Source: Rhodococcus sp. (in: high G+C Gram-positive bacteria) (GTDB taxonomy: Bacteria; Actinomycetota; Actinomycetes; Mycobacteriales; Mycobacteriaceae). From it: a stretch of 64,000 bases of DNA. The stretch is from assembly GCA_012514505.1 (NCBI GenBank), contig JAAZAD010000185.1, positions 1,367 through 65,366 of the forward strand, in the 5' to 3' direction. Below the pieces are notes generated by a model. The model made no database searches. It was not told the origin of the DNA and saw only the letters and a program-made list of their open reading frames with translations. Positions 1-11,085 of this stretch are shown piece after piece. How positions within the stretch are numbered: the first letter of the stretch is position 1; the number at the start of each line of letters is the position of its first letter. A program made the translations under genes and the position numbers.

Positions 1-44
1 CAGCACGGAGTGGGGTCTACCAGGCAAACAGTGGGGTCGAAGCC

Positions 45-1286
45 ATGGGTTCTCGTCGTATCGTTCGTTCATTGCTCGTGCTGGCTGTCAGCCTCACGCT
101 CGGAACCGCCGTCGCCACCGCCGGCCCAGCTGCTGCGCAACCGCACCCGGCTCCCGGTTCGGTATTGGGATTGCCGACACCAGACCCTGACCCCTTCTAC
201 GCACCGCCACCGGACCTGGCGGAGCGTAAGCCCGGCGACGTCCTCAACGTCCGCCAGATGCCGCCCAACCTCTACTTTCCCGGCAGCGCGGTCTGGGAAG
301 TTCTGTTCCGCACCACCGACTCCCGCGGACTCCCCATCGCCGCGAACACCACGTATCTCCTACCGCCCAACCACGAGCCGGACGGCCCGCTCACGTCCTA
401 CCAGCACATCATCAATTCGCTCGGCCACAAGTGCAAGATCGCAACGGAGCTGTACACCACCGACCCGTTCACGCAGATCCGTGAGGCCCCCGGTCTCAAT
501 ATCGCTCTGGCCCGCGGCTGGGCCGTCGCACTTCCCGACCACCTAGGCCCCCGAATGGCCTACGGTGCCGCCAAACTGGGTGGTCAGATCACTCTGGACG
601 GTATTCGCGCCGTCAAAAACATTCCCGAATTCGAGGTGACCAACAGCAAGGTCGCCCTCGGCGGCTACTCCGGCGGCGGCATGGCAACCGCATGGGCGGC
701 TGCGCTGGCACCCACCTATGCCCCCGAACTCGACATCGTCGGCGTGGCCCACGGCGGCACGCCGATGAACCTGACCACGATGGCCGAGGTACTGGGCGGC
801 AACCCACACCCGGCTTTCGGGCTCGCAATGGCCGCAGCCATCGGGCTGGACCGTGAGTACCCGGATCGAATCGACCTCGGTGACCAACTGAACGGCAAGG
901 GTCGCTGGTTGAGGAGCATGATCAGCAACGGGTGCACCAACGAAATCATGTTCTGGGGAGTGGGCCGCAGCGCCTCGAACCTGACCAGCAACCCGGATTT
1001 CATGGACAACCCCGAGGCCTGGGAGGTTCTCCGGGAGAACAGCCTGGAGTTCTACCCAGGTATCCCCGAGGCACCGACCTTCGAATGGCACAGTCCCACG
1101 GACGTCCTGATCCCGGTGCACGCGATCGAAAGAACCAATGCGCGTTACTGCGCCAACGGCGCGTACGTGACGTCGATGCTGACACCGAGCCCCGACCACC
1201 TGTCTGCTGCCGCACTGGGCCTGTTCCCGGCACTCGACTGGATCGACGCACGCTTCCGCGGGGTTCCGCTACCCGACCACTGCTGA
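45..1286 (+). CDS. Secretory lipase (LIP family)
   Basis: Signal peptide ending AAA-Q; GYSGGG nucleophile elbow; PDHLGP and C-terminal DH motifs typical of actinobacterial secretory lipases. Confidence 0.9.
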   Translation: MGSRRIVRSLLVLAVSLTLGTAVATAGPAAAQPHPAPGSVLGLPTPDPDPFYAPPPDLAERKPGDVLNVRQMPPNLYFPGSAVWEVLFRTTDSRGLPIAANTTYLLPPNHEPDGPLTSYQHIINSLGHKCKIATELYTTDPFTQIREAPGLNIALARGWAVALPDHLGPRMAYGAAKLGGQITLDGIRAVKNIPEFEVTNSKVALGGYSGGGMATAWAAALAPTYAPELDIVGVAHGGTPMNLTTMAEVLGGNPHPAFGLAMAAAIGLDREYPDRIDLGDQLNGKGRWLRSMISNGCTNEIMFWGVGRSASNLTSNPDFMDNPEAWEVLRENSLEFYPGIPEAPTFEWHSPTDVLIPVHAIERTNARYCANGAYVTSMLTPSPDHLSAAALGLFPALDWIDARFRGVPLPDHC

Positions 1287-1293
1287 GAGAACG

Positions 1294-1749
1294 TCACACC
1301 GCCGATCCGGCAACCTGCTTCGTGCTGACGTTCAGTCGATTCCAGGCGTTGATCGCGGCGATCTGAACCAGCAGTGCCGACATCTGAGCCTCGTCGTAAT
1401 ACCGGGTGGCCTCGTTCCACACGTCGTCCGGCACCGCGTCGGAGCGATCACTCAGACGAGTCACCGATTCGGTCAGTGCCAGCGCCGCACGTTCGGCGTC
1501 GTCGAAGTACGGCGTATCACGCCATCCCGCCACGGCGTGGAGCCGTTCGTCGGTGTCGCCGTCCTTGCGAGCTTCCTTGACGTGCATGTCCACGCACACA
1601 CCGCATCCGTTGATCTGACTGGCCCGCAGGTGCACCAAGTGGATGGTCGATGCGGGGACACCGCCGTCGTCGGTGGACGTACTCAGCGCGTAGAGCGCCT
1701 TCATTGCCTTGGGGAGCACCTTCACCGGGTTGTTCATTCGTGCCTGCAT
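1294..1749 (-). CDS. Carboxymuconolactone decarboxylase/AhpD family protein
   Basis: LRASQINGCGVCVDMH (CxxC) and INAWNR motifs; start moved to ATG 1749 behind an AGGAG RBS. Confidence 0.9.
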   Translation of the reverse strand: MQARMNNPVKVLPKAMKALYALSTSTDDGGVPASTIHLVHLRASQINGCGVCVDMHVKEARKDGDTDERLHAVAGWRDTPYFDDAERAALALTESVTRLSDRSDAVPDDVWNEATRYYDEAQMSALLVQIAAINAWNRLNVSTKQVAGSAV

Positions 1750-1859
1750 CACAGTCTCCTTCGAAAGCTTGCCCTTCGCCGGCTCGCGGATTTCGCTCGC
1801 CACACCTATGACGAGGAGTGCTCCGAAAACGTGACAGCAGGGTTCTCCCCCGAAACCTA

Positions 1860-1910
1860 TTGACATTGGATACTTCTACTATCCATTATTGGATAGTAGA
1901 AGTATCCAAT
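1860..1910 (+). promoter_or_regulatory. Probable promoter (TTGACA) overlapped by a perfect 21-bp inverted repeat (double operator)
   Basis: attggatacttctactatcca-ttat-tggatagtagaagtatccaat directly upstream of the DoxX RBS (aaggag). Confidence 0.7.
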
Positions 1911-1925
1911 ACGAAGGAGTGCATC

Positions 1926-2468
1926 ATGGAACCCCTCATCGCACTGATTTCCGTGACCATCGTTCTCGCAGCCCTGGGTGCGGCCGGCATCGCGCGATTG
2001 CGCCCCTGGCCCGTGCCTCTGCGGGGCGGACTCGCGGCGATGTTCACCCTGACCGGCGTGGTTCATTTCGTCGGCATGCGAGACGAGCTGATTGCCATGG
2101 TTCCGCCGGCCCTACCGAACCCCGGCCTTCTCGTCACGGTCACCGGAGTACTCGAACTCGCCGGTGCCGCCGGATTGCTGATCCGGCGAACTGCACCCTT
2201 GTCGGCGGCGTGCCTGAGCATGCTCCTGGTCGCCATGTTCCCGGCGAACGTGTTCAAAGCGCTCGACGGACCGGTGAGTACTTTCGACTCGTTGATTCCC
2301 CGGACAGTGATGCAGGTGGTCTTTCTCGCCGCCACCTTGGCTGTTGCGTTCTCAGGACAGATCACGCACTGGTTCGAGCGGCGGAAGTCCACGAGGCTCG
2401 GGTCCGTGCAAAGGAGAACACCCACCGGCGCAACGCCAGAAAGCGAACTCCACCCACAACCCCGGTAA
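1926..2468 (+). CDS. DoxX family membrane protein
   Basis: Hydrophobic helices; HF...MVPP.LP.P...TGVLELAGA..L and MFPANV motifs; ATG 1926 after AAGGAG. Confidence 0.85.
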   Translation: MEPLIALISVTIVLAALGAAGIARLRPWPVPLRGGLAAMFTLTGVVHFVGMRDELIAMVPPALPNPGLLVTVTGVLELAGAAGLLIRRTAPLSAACLSMLLVAMFPANVFKALDGPVSTFDSLIPRTVMQVVFLAATLAVAFSGQITHWFERRKSTRLGSVQRRTPTGATPESELHPQPR

Positions 2469-2877
2469 TGGTCACCACCAACGCCACTTCGACAATGCCG
2501 CCGATCGTGGGCAGCAGTACGCCTACAAGAGCCAGCGCCGCAGTACTGATGACGATCCCCAGGAGGGCCATTCCGCCGCCTTCTCCCTGTGCGGTCAACC
2601 AGTGCACACGGTCGGCGGCCCGGAAGGTGCGTCGACGGTGGAGTTCGTTGGCAAGGATGGTGCTCAGTAGCGCTCCCACCACGTTCGCCACGACGATTCC
2701 CTCGGATCGCAGCAGCAGAAACACCACCCCGTACAGGACGTTGCTGACCCCACCGACGAGCACGAAACGTGCGAATTGGTCGATTGCCCGTTCCCCGCGC
2801 AGGTTCACAACTCGGCAGCGTTTACCGGAAGAAGCGGGCTCACGGACGAGGGTGGCGTTACCAACAGTGGCCGTCAC
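2362..2877 (-). CDS. GtrA family membrane protein
   Basis: QFARFVLVGGVSN, ANVVG, NELHRRRTF, RFLALRRWVF; GTG start after GGAGG. Confidence 0.8.
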   Translation of the reverse strand: MTATVGNATLVREPASSGKRCRVVNLRGERAIDQFARFVLVGGVSNVLYGVVFLLLRSEGIVVANVVGALLSTILANELHRRRTFRAADRVHWLTAQGEGGGMALLGIVISTAALALVGVLLPTIGGIVEVALVVTITGVVGGVRFLALRRWVFSFARTRASWTSAARTSA

Positions 2878-2946
2878 CTGCACCTCCTCCGATGAGCTCC
2901 GTGATCTCGTCAGTAACGGAACATTCGATTCCGGTAATCTAACATG

Positions 2947-2961
2947 ACCGGAATATCCGGT
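2947..2961. promoter_or_regulatory. Possible TetR operator between divergent gtrA-like and tetR genes
   Basis: accgga-ata-tccggt inverted repeat. Confidence 0.4.
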
Positions 2962-2986
2962 TCCGCTCCGTGGATAAGATGTGACG

Positions 2987-3640
2987 ATGCCGATATCGCC
3001 CCCGACCCGACGAGACGCACGGGTCAATCTCGAACGCATCCTGACATCGGCACGCGTCGTCTTCGCCGAGCACGGGTTCGAGGCGAAGCTCGCGGACGTC
3101 GCGAAACATGCGGGAGTCGGCGTCGGCACCGTCTATCGCCGATTCGGCAGCAAAGAAGAGCTGGTCCACGCCCTGTTCCAGTCCCGAGTCGACGAGGTGA
3201 GCACCGTCGCCGCACAGGCCGAGCAGGTCCCGGACCCGTGGGACGGACTCGTCTACTTCCTCGAGCACACCTGCCGAATGATGAGCAGCGACCAAGGTCT
3301 GCGCGACCTCATGATGAACGGGCGAGTCCCGAGGACCGACCTCGCAGCGCCACGTGAAAACTTCAGCCGAAGCCTCGCCGCACTGATCGAGCGCGCCCGA
3401 CGAAACGGCTCCCTGCGCGACGACATCGAACCGACCGACATTCCCGCCATCATGTTCATGCTGCAGGCGACCAACGATTTCGCCGCCGCACAGTCACCGG
3501 ATCTATGGCACCGAATGCTCACGATCGTCCTCGACGGACTCCGAGCCGACGGCACTCAGCGCAGCACCCTCCCCGTCGCAGCCATGTCACAGGCTCAACT
3601 CGACGCCGCACTACAAGCGCGTCGGTGCCCGACCAGCTGA
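2987..3640 (+). CDS. TetR/AcrR family transcriptional regulator
   Basis: RRDARVN...VAKHAGVGVGTVYRRFGSKEEL HTH; TAAGAT -10-like hexamer 6 nt before ATG 2987. Confidence 0.93.
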   Translation: MPISPPTRRDARVNLERILTSARVVFAEHGFEAKLADVAKHAGVGVGTVYRRFGSKEELVHALFQSRVDEVSTVAAQAEQVPDPWDGLVYFLEHTCRMMSSDQGLRDLMMNGRVPRTDLAAPRENFSRSLAALIERARRNGSLRDDIEPTDIPAIMFMLQATNDFAAAQSPDLWHRMLTIVLDGLRADGTQRSTLPVAAMSQAQLDAALQARRCPTS

Positions 3641-3641
3641 A

Positions 3642-3683
3642 CTACTTGCGCCCAAAGCGGAGCTACTTGCGCCCAAAGCGGAG
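3642..3683. repeat. Perfect 21-bp tandem duplication
   Basis: ctacttgcgcccaaagcggag twice (3642-3662, 3663-3683). Confidence 0.95.
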
Positions 3684-4394
3684 CTTCCAGGGCACCCGCG
3701 CCGACTCGAGCTGCACAGCAAGACTCATCTTCGACACACCCTCGGTCCGCTCCTCGAAGCGAATGGGCACCTCCGCGATCCTCAGCCCCTTCTGAACCAC
3801 GCGGTAGTTCATCTCGACCTGGAAGGCGTAGCCATTGCTCTGCACCGTGGCCACGTCGATGGTGCGCAGCGTATCGGCCTTCCACGCCTTGAAACCGGCG
3901 GTCGCGTCCTTGACCTTCAGCGTCAGAATCGTGTTGACGTAGAAGTTGGCCCACGCCGACAACGCCTTGCGATGCCACGGCCAGTCACTCGCCACGGCGC
4001 CACCCTCGACGTACCGCGAACCGAGGACGACTGCGGCATCGGTAGTGGCGAGGACGTCCATCATCGGCGGAATTGCGCTGGTCGGGTGCGACAAGTCGGC
4101 GTCCATCTGGACGACGATGTCGGCGCCCTCGTCCAACGCTCGCGTCATGCCCTCGACGTACGCCCGCCCCAGCCCGTTCTTGACGGTGCGGTGCAGGACC
4201 CCGACCGGAATCGGACCGTCGACTGCGAGCTTGTCGGCAACCTCGCCGGTGCCGTCCGGGGAATTGTCGTCGACCACCAAGACGTGGAGATTCGAGATCT
4301 TCAGTGCCGCGAGAAGCTCGACGATCTTGGGCAGATTGTCGCGTTCGTTGTAGGTCGGCACCACAACAGTGACCTTGGGCGAGGCGTTCTCCAT
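3663..4394 (-). CDS. Polyprenol monophosphomannose synthase (GT2, DPM1-like)
   Basis: VVVPTYNERDN, VVDDNSPDGTG, QMDADLSH, GSRYV, GYAFQVEM, GVSKMS. Confidence 0.92.
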   Translation of the reverse strand: MENASPKVTVVVPTYNERDNLPKIVELLAALKISNLHVLVVDDNSPDGTGEVADKLAVDGPIPVGVLHRTVKNGLGRAYVEGMTRALDEGADIVVQMDADLSHPTSAIPPMMDVLATTDAAVVLGSRYVEGGAVASDWPWHRKALSAWANFYVNTILTLKVKDATAGFKAWKADTLRTIDVATVQSNGYAFQVEMNYRVVQKGLRIAEVPIRFEERTEGVSKMSLAVQLESARVPWKLRFGRK

Positions 4395-4472
4395 ACGTGA
4401 CAATCTAGCTGCAACCACCCGCAGACCACGTATCAGGTTTACCGCCCCTGGTCAGATGGTCCGTCGAGTGAT

Positions 4473-6029
4473 TCATCCGAAGAAGACCGCGGCCCTGTCG
4501 GCAAGGTCGAGAAGTGGCTGCGGCCACACACCGAGAATCACCGTCACTACGGTGGCCGTGCCGATCGCCCCGATGGTGCCGACGCCCGGGTTCACGACAT
4601 CGGGCGCGTCTTGGGCTGGATCCGTGAAGAACATCAGAACGATCACGCGGACGTAGAAGAAGGCCGCAATCGCACTGCTGAGCACACCGACGACAACCAG
4701 CGGGACGGCACCGCCCTCGACCGCGGCCTGAAAGACGGCGAACTTGCTGACGAACCCACTCGTCAACGGTATGCCGGCCATGGCGAGCAGCAGCACCGCG
4801 AACGTGATGGCGAATATCGGTGACCGACGGCCCATCCCCGCCCAGCGAGAAAGGTCGCCGACCTCGCCTCGTGAATCCCTGACCAGCCCGACGAGGGCGA
4901 ATGCACCCAACGCTGTGAATCCGTAGGCGACCAGATAGAAGAGTATCGACGAGATACCGGCACGGTTCGCCGCGATCACGCCGGTGAGAACGAACCCCAC
5001 GTGCGCGACCGATGAGTAGGCGAGCATCCGCTTCGCATCACTCTGGGTGACCGCGAGAATTGCACCCACCATCATGGTGAGAATGGCGACCGCCCACAGC
5101 ATCGGGCGCCAGTCGTCCTTCAGATCGGGCAACGCCACCGAGAAGATCCGCAGCATGGCACCGAACGCCGCCACCTTCGTCGCTGCCGACATGAACGCCG
5201 TGACCGAAGTGGGTGCCCCCTGGTAAACGTCCGGAATCCACGAGTGGAACGGCACGGCGCCGACCTTGAACAGCAGGCCGACAGACAGCAATGCAGTACC
5301 AGTAAGCACCAGTACCGGGCCATTCGGTTCACGCGAGATCGCGTCAGCGATACCGGTCAGATCGGTGGTCCCGGAGTAGCCGTACAGCAGCGCGGTCCCG
5401 TACAGGAAGAACGCCGACGAGAACGCGCCGAGTAGAAAGTATTTGAGCGCAGCTTCCTGCGAGAGCAACCTCCGACGACGGGCCAGGCCACACAGCAGAT
5501 ACAGCGGAAGCGAAAACACCTCGAGGGCAACGAACATCGTCAACAGGTCACCCGAGGCCGGAAACAACAGCAGACCGGCGACTGCAAGCAGGGTGAGCGG
5601 AAAGACCTCCGTCTGTCGCACTCCTGTCCGGATCGCCTCACGCTCGGCCACACTGCCGGGGACGGCTGACGCCTGCGGGGTGAATCCGTCCAGGCCGGGC
5701 GGTTCGGCTTCCGTCGCGGTGCTGCGCTCGGCCACCAACATCAGCGCTGCCATGGAGATCAGCAGGATCGTGCCCTGCAGGAACAGGGTTGGGCCGTCGA
5801 TCACCACCGACCCGAGGGCGGCCAGCTGTGCGCCGCCCTCACCCAGCGACCCCGCAATCATCACCACCGCAACGAAAGCTCCTACGAGACCAGCGGTTCC
5901 GAGACCCACCTGGAACCGAAACCGTAGTGACGCGGGGGCGAATGCCTCTACCAGCACACTCACGACCGCCACCCCGAACACGATCAACATCGGGGACAGT
6001 ACGCCGTATTCGATACTCGGTGCATTCAT
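4473..6029 (-). CDS. nuoN: NADH-quinone oxidoreductase subunit N
   Basis: EAALKYFLLG, FKVGAVPFHSWIPDVYQGAP; last gene of the nuo operon. Confidence 0.97.
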   Translation of the reverse strand: MNAPSIEYGVLSPMLIVFGVAVVSVLVEAFAPASLRFRFQVGLGTAGLVGAFVAVVMIAGSLGEGGAQLAALGSVVIDGPTLFLQGTILLISMAALMLVAERSTATEAEPPGLDGFTPQASAVPGSVAEREAIRTGVRQTEVFPLTLLAVAGLLLFPASGDLLTMFVALEVFSLPLYLLCGLARRRRLLSQEAALKYFLLGAFSSAFFLYGTALLYGYSGTTDLTGIADAISREPNGPVLVLTGTALLSVGLLFKVGAVPFHSWIPDVYQGAPTSVTAFMSAATKVAAFGAMLRIFSVALPDLKDDWRPMLWAVAILTMMVGAILAVTQSDAKRMLAYSSVAHVGFVLTGVIAANRAGISSILFYLVAYGFTALGAFALVGLVRDSRGEVGDLSRWAGMGRRSPIFAITFAVLLLAMAGIPLTSGFVSKFAVFQAAVEGGAVPLVVVGVLSSAIAAFFYVRVIVLMFFTDPAQDAPDVVNPGVGTIGAIGTATVVTVILGVWPQPLLDLADRAAVFFG

Positions 6030-7588
6030 CGCTGCGCCCCCGTCTCTCCGTGCATCTCCTGTTCGACACTGACCGTCGCACTCACCGCGGGTGTGATGAC
6101 GTCCAGCGCGGGTTTGGGATACAAGCCCAGGACAATCAGCAGCACGATGAGCGGAGCCATCACGGCTACCTCACGTGGCACGAGGTCGTGCACCTTCTTT
6201 CCGTGCTCTCCCTTTTCCGGGCCGCCCATCACACGTTGGTACAGCCAGAGAATGTAGATCGCCGACAACACGAGTGCGCTCGTCGCCACGACTGCCGCCA
6301 CGGGATACTGCCCGAATGTGCCGATCAGGACCAGGAATTCACTGATGAACGGCGCAAGACCGGGCAAGGAGAGCGTGGCCAGTCCCGCCACCAGGAAGGT
6401 CCCGGCCAGAACCGGGGCGAGTTTCTGCACCCCACCGTGGTCTGCGATGAGCCGGGACCCCGTGCGCGACACCAGGAACCCGGCGACGAGGAACAGTGCC
6501 GCCGTCGACAGACCGTGGTTGACCATGTACAGCGCGGATCCGGCCTGTCCTTGGGTGGTCATCACGAAGATCCCGAGAATGATGAACCCGAAGTGCGAGA
6601 TCGAGGTGTAGGCGATCAGGCGCATCATGTCGATCTGACCGATGGCGCACAACGCCCCGTACACGATTGCGATCACCGCCAGAGTGATCACCAGCGGCGC
6701 AAAGTATGTGGACGCATCCGGGAACAGCTGCAGGCAGTACCGCAACATCGCGAACGTGCCGACCTTGTCGACGACGGCCATCATCAGCACGGCGCTTGCC
6801 GGGGTGGCTTCGACAGCGGCACCGGGCAACCAGGTGTGAAACGGCCACAGCGGCGCTTTCACGGCGAACGCGAACATGAATCCGAGGAACAACGCGTTCG
6901 CGATGGGTGCGTCGATCACGAGAGAACCCGACGCCACAGCGGATGCGATCTCACGGACGTCGAACGTCCCGCTCTCGAACGGGCTGTCGGCGCCTGCGGT
7001 CACCACGTACAACCCGATGACCGCAACCAGCATGACGAGGCCGCCGAACAGGTTGTACAGCAGGAACTTCAGCGCGGCTGCGGACCGTTTCGGACCCTTC
7101 GTGTGGCCGAAACCGCCGATGAGGAAGTACATCGGGATCAGCATGGCCTCGAAGAATATGTAGAAGAGGAACACGTCGAGGGCCAGGAAGGATATGAGCA
7201 CCATCGACTCGACCACGAGAATCAACGACACATACGTGTGTATTCCTTTGGGGCGATCGTCGACGCGAACGTCGTTCCACCCCGCAGCCAGCAACAACGG
7301 TGCGAGGACGGCCGTCAACAGCACCAAGCTGAGAGCAATTCCGTCCAGCCCCAGAATGTATCGAGTACCGAACGCCGGTATCCAGGCATGCGATTCGACG
7401 AACTGATACTGCTCGCCGCCCGCCTCGAAACCGGCAGCCAACCCCACGCCGATTACGAGGACCAGGACCGACACGACCAGTGCGGCCCCCTTCGCGGCCG
7501 TGCCGCTGCGTGCAGGAAGGAGCATGACGACGAGCGCGCCGATCAACGGAAGAAGCCACAGCGCGGTCAACCACGGGAAGGTGCTCAC
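6026..7588 (-). CDS. nuoM: NADH-quinone oxidoreductase subunit M
   Basis: [30 protein letters not shown]; GTG start overlapping the nuoL stop. Confidence 0.97.
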   Translation of the reverse strand: MSTFPWLTALWLLPLIGALVVMLLPARSGTAAKGAALVVSVLVLVIGVGLAAGFEAGGEQYQFVESHAWIPAFGTRYILGLDGIALSLVLLTAVLAPLLLAAGWNDVRVDDRPKGIHTYVSLILVVESMVLISFLALDVFLFYIFFEAMLIPMYFLIGGFGHTKGPKRSAAALKFLLYNLFGGLVMLVAVIGLYVVTAGADSPFESGTFDVREIASAVASGSLVIDAPIANALFLGFMFAFAVKAPLWPFHTWLPGAAVEATPASAVLMMAVVDKVGTFAMLRYCLQLFPDASTYFAPLVITLAVIAIVYGALCAIGQIDMMRLIAYTSISHFGFIILGIFVMTTQGQAGSALYMVNHGLSTAALFLVAGFLVSRTGSRLIADHGGVQKLAPVLAGTFLVAGLATLSLPGLAPFISEFLVLIGTFGQYPVAAVVATSALVLSAIYILWLYQRVMGGPEKGEHGKKVHDLVPREVAVMAPLIVLLIVLGLYPKPALDVITPAVSATVSVEQEMHGETGAQR

Positions 7589-9468
7589 AGCAGCCTCACC
7601 GCCATCATCACGCCGACCACCAGGGCCGCGCCCGACAACATGAACAGTGCGTACGACCGGACGAACCCGGTCTGCAAGGTCCGGATTCTGCCGGACAGTG
7701 CGCCCACCGACTTGGCTGAACCGTCCACGGCCCCGTCGATCAGCCGGTCGTCGACAACGGCAATCGCCGTGGTCAGTGCGCGTCCCGGACGCATGAACAC
7801 CTCCTCGTTGACCTTGTCGCCGTACAGGTCTCGTCGTGCCGCGGTGGTCAGAACCGATACATCCCGGGGAGCCTCCCGCGCGATACCGGCGGCACTCGCG
7901 TAGGTCCGATAGGCGACGGCGACTCCGACGAGCACCACCGCCAGGGTGGTCACGGTGACGACCCACACCGGTACACCGAGCTCGTCGTGGTGCTCACCGA
8001 CGACCGGTTCGAGCCAATGCGTGAGCGCCCCACCGAGTGTCAGGAGTCCGCCGGCCACAACGGAACCTACGGCGAGCAGGATCATGGGCCACGTCATGAC
8101 GCGGGAGGACTCATGCGGGTCGGCGTCTTGCCCCCAACGGCGCTCACCGAAGAAGGTCATCAGCATCACCCGGGTCATGTAGAACGCCGTCAGCCCGGCG
8201 CCGAGAAGTGCCGCACACCCGAGCACGATCCCGGAGACACCCCCGGACGCGAAGGCGACCTCGATGATCTTGTCTTTCGAGAAGAATCCGGCGAACGGTG
8301 GGACTCCGATGATCGCCAGGTAGCCCAGGCCGAAGGTCACGAACGTGATCGGCATGACGACCCGCAGTCCGCCGTACCGACGCATATCTGTCTCCTCGTT
8401 CATGCCGTGCATCACCGAGCCGGCACCGAGGAACAATCCGGCCTTGAAGAATCCGTGTGTCAACAAGTGCATGATGGCGAACGCGTAGCCGGCCGGACCG
8501 AGACCGGCCGCAAGAACCATGTACCCGATCTGACTCATCGTGGATGCGGCCAGTGCCTTCTTGATGTCGTCTTTCGCGCAACCGATGATCGCCCCGAACA
8601 GGAGCGTCACCGCGCCTACGATCACCACTGCCATCTGAGCGGCGGGCGCCGCCTCGAAAATCACTCCCGAACGCACGATCAGGTAGACACCGGCGGTCAC
8701 CATCGTCGCGGCGTGAATGAGCGCGGACACCGGTGTCGGGCCCTCCATTGCGTCTCCGAGCCATGACTGGAGAGGCACCTGAGCGGATTTCGCGCACGCC
8801 GCCAAGAGCAGCATGAGGCCGATCGCGGTTGCCGTTCCGTCACCGATCGACTCGATACCGGCGAACACGACGTCGAACTCGAACGATCCGAACTCCACGA
8901 ACATGATCATCAGCGCGATCACGAGTCCCACGTCGCCGACACGGTTGACGACGAATGCCTTCTTCGCCGCGGTAGCCGCGGATGGCTTGTGCTGCCAGAA
9001 GCCGATCAGGAGGTACGACGCGAGGCCGACGCCTTCCCATCCCAGGTAGAGCACCAGGAAGTTGTCGGCCATCACGAGCAGCAGCATCGCCGCGAGGAAG
9101 AGGTTGAGGTAGGCGAAGAAGCGTCGGCGATCGAGGTCGTGCTCCATGTAGCCGACCGAGTAGATGTGAATCAGCGAGCCGACACCGGTGATCAGCAAGG
9201 CAAAACAGATCGACAGCTGGTCGAGCTGCAAACCGAACTCCACGCGCAGGTCGGCGACCGGAACCCATTGGAAGAGCGTCTGGTTCACCGCACGGGAGGC
9301 AGTATCGGCGCCGAGCATTGTCACGAACTGGGCGCAGGCGACGACGAACGCGGCGAGGGCGGTGCCGCACCCCAGGAAGTGCCCCCACGAGTCGGTCCGA
9401 CGACCACCCACGAGCAGCACCACGGCACCGGCAAGCGGTAGTACCGGAAGCAGCCAGAGCGCATCCAC
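7585..9468 (-). CDS. nuoL: NADH-quinone oxidoreductase subunit L
   Basis: [47 protein letters not shown]. Confidence 0.97.
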   Translation of the reverse strand: MDALWLLPVLPLAGAVVLLVGGRRTDSWGHFLGCGTALAAFVVACAQFVTMLGADTASRAVNQTLFQWVPVADLRVEFGLQLDQLSICFALLITGVGSLIHIYSVGYMEHDLDRRRFFAYLNLFLAAMLLLVMADNFLVLYLGWEGVGLASYLLIGFWQHKPSAATAAKKAFVVNRVGDVGLVIALMIMFVEFGSFEFDVVFAGIESIGDGTATAIGLMLLLAACAKSAQVPLQSWLGDAMEGPTPVSALIHAATMVTAGVYLIVRSGVIFEAAPAAQMAVVIVGAVTLLFGAIIGCAKDDIKKALAASTMSQIGYMVLAAGLGPAGYAFAIMHLLTHGFFKAGLFLGAGSVMHGMNEETDMRRYGGLRVVMPITFVTFGLGYLAIIGVPPFAGFFSKDKIIEVAFASGGVSGIVLGCAALLGAGLTAFYMTRVMLMTFFGERRWGQDADPHESSRVMTWPMILLAVGSVVAGGLLTLGGALTHWLEPVVGEHHDELGVPVWVVTVTTLAVVLVGVAVAYRTYASAAGIAREAPRDVSVLTTAARRDLYGDKVNEEVFMRPGRALTTAIAVVDDRLIDGAVDGSAKSVGALSGRIRTLQTGFVRSYALFMLSGAALVVGVMMAVRLL

Positions 9469-9488
9469 GTGCAGGTCTCCCGTCCTCG

Positions 9489-9788
9489 TCAGTACTTGAG
9501 CAGATTGGTGTCGTCGACCGAGGCCGACCGGCGGGCACGGAAAATCGTCATGATGATCGCCAGCCCCACCACAACCTCGGCTGCAGCGACCACCATGGTG
9601 AAGAACGCGAATATCTGTCCATCGAGGTTTGCGTGCATGCGAGCGAAGGTCACGAAGGCAAGGTTGGTGGCATTCAGCATCAACTCGATGCACATGAACA
9701 CGACGATGGAGTTGCGGCGCACGAGCACTCCCACACCGCCGATGGTGAACAGCAGGGCGGACAGGTACAGGTAGTTCTCGGGGTTCAC
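9489..9788 (-). CDS. nuoK: NADH-quinone oxidoreductase subunit K
   Basis: [21 protein letters not shown]. Confidence 0.97.
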   Translation of the reverse strand: MNPENYLYLSALLFTIGGVGVLVRRNSIVVFMCIELMLNATNLAFVTFARMHANLDGQIFAFFTMVVAAAEVVVGLAIIMTIFRARRSASVDDTNLLKY

Positions 9789-10624
9789 CGCTCTCCCCCC
9801 TGATCGTCCGGGCTCACTGTCTCGTCCGGATTCTCATCCGGATGCTCGTCCGGATTTCGGGGGGTCAGGAGCCGGTTCACGGACAACGCCGAGTACGAGC
9901 CGTCGGCAAGACGGGCGGGCACATCCACCGCGTTGCGCCTGGCATAGACGCCGGAACTCGGTAGCGACGTGACCTGCGGACTCGACTCGGAATCCGCCCA
10001 ATCCCGGAAGCGGTCCTCCGACATCGCGCGTTGCCCCTTCCGGGGCTGCAACCGTTCACGGTGCGCCAATACCATCGCTCCGAGCGTTGCGGTGATCAGC
10101 AGTGCTCCGGTGAGTTCGAATGCCCACACGTACCGAACGAAGATGAGTTCGGCCAGACCTTCCACACCGGAATCGGCACCGGAAGACAGATCCGCTCCGG
10201 GCGAACGAGACCAGAGGACACCCACATTGCCGAGTCCGGCGATGAGCAGTACCCCGAATCCGAGGCCGGCGACGATCGCCGCAACACGCTGGCCCCGCAG
10301 TGTTTCCACCAATGACTCGGAGGAGTCGACACCGACGAGCATCAGGACGAACAGGAACAGCATCATCACCGCTCCCGTGTAGACGACAATCTGCACGACA
10401 CCGAGGAACAGCGCACCCTGGGCGATATAGAACACGGCCAGGATGATCATCGTCATCGCCAGGAACAACGCCGAATACACAGCCTTCGTCGCGCACACCA
10501 CGCCGAGTGCGCCGATCACCGCAACCACTGCGAGGACCCAGAACTGCACCCCTTCCGCCGTGGACGTCTGTGCGACGCCGTCGGCTGCAAGCAACGCATC
10601 CGATACGACCGCCCGCGCCGTCAC
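9785..10624 (-). CDS. nuoJ: NADH-quinone oxidoreductase subunit J
   Basis: [19 protein letters not shown]; operon position. Confidence 0.95.
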   Translation of the reverse strand: MTARAVVSDALLAADGVAQTSTAEGVQFWVLAVVAVIGALGVVCATKAVYSALFLAMTMIILAVFYIAQGALFLGVVQIVVYTGAVMMLFLFVLMLVGVDSSESLVETLRGQRVAAIVAGLGFGVLLIAGLGNVGVLWSRSPGADLSSGADSGVEGLAELIFVRYVWAFELTGALLITATLGAMVLAHRERLQPRKGQRAMSEDRFRDWADSESSPQVTSLPSSGVYARRNAVDVPARLADGSYSALSVNRLLTPRNPDEHPDENPDETVSPDDQGGER

Positions 10625-11085
10625 CGATCCTCATCTCCGTCGGCCGGCTTGTCCGCGTCGTCGGGTGGCACCAGCAGTCGACCCTTGTCGTAGATCAGAC
10701 CGGCCCGGTTGTCGTCGACCATCTCGTAGTCGTTGGTCATGGTCAGTGCCCGGGTCGGGCATGCCTCGATACACAGGCCGCACCCGATGCATCGGAGGTA
10801 GTTGATCTGATAGACGCGGCCGTACCGTTCGCCGGGCGAGTAGCGCTCCTCGTCGGTGTTGTCCGCGCCCTCGACATAGATGGCGTCGGCGGGGCATGCC
10901 CATGCGCACAACTCACAACCGATGCATTTCTCCAAACCGTTCTCGTGGCGGTTCAATTGGTGACGGCCGTGGAACCGGGGCGCGGTGGGCACCTTCTGTT
11001 CCGGGTACTGCTCGGTGTTCGGCTTCTTGAACATCGTCGAGAATGTGACGCCGAAACCGGCTACGGGGCCGAGGAACTCAGGCAT
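10621..11085 (-). CDS. nuoI: NADH-quinone oxidoreductase subunit I
   Basis: Two CxxCxxCxxxCP 4Fe-4S motifs. Confidence 0.97.
   Translation of the reverse strand: MPEFLGPVAGFGVTFSTMFKKPNTEQYPEQKVPTAPRFHGRHQLNRHENGLEKCIGCELCAWACPADAIYVEGADNTDEERYSPGERYGRVYQINYLRCIGCGLCIEACPTRALTMTNDYEMVDDNRAGLIYDKGRLLVPPDDADKPADGDEDR

Noticed and set aside
5789-7903. 704-aa plus-strand ORF
   Set aside because: Antisense shadow of nuoM; Arg/His-rich composition typical of high-GC reverse frames
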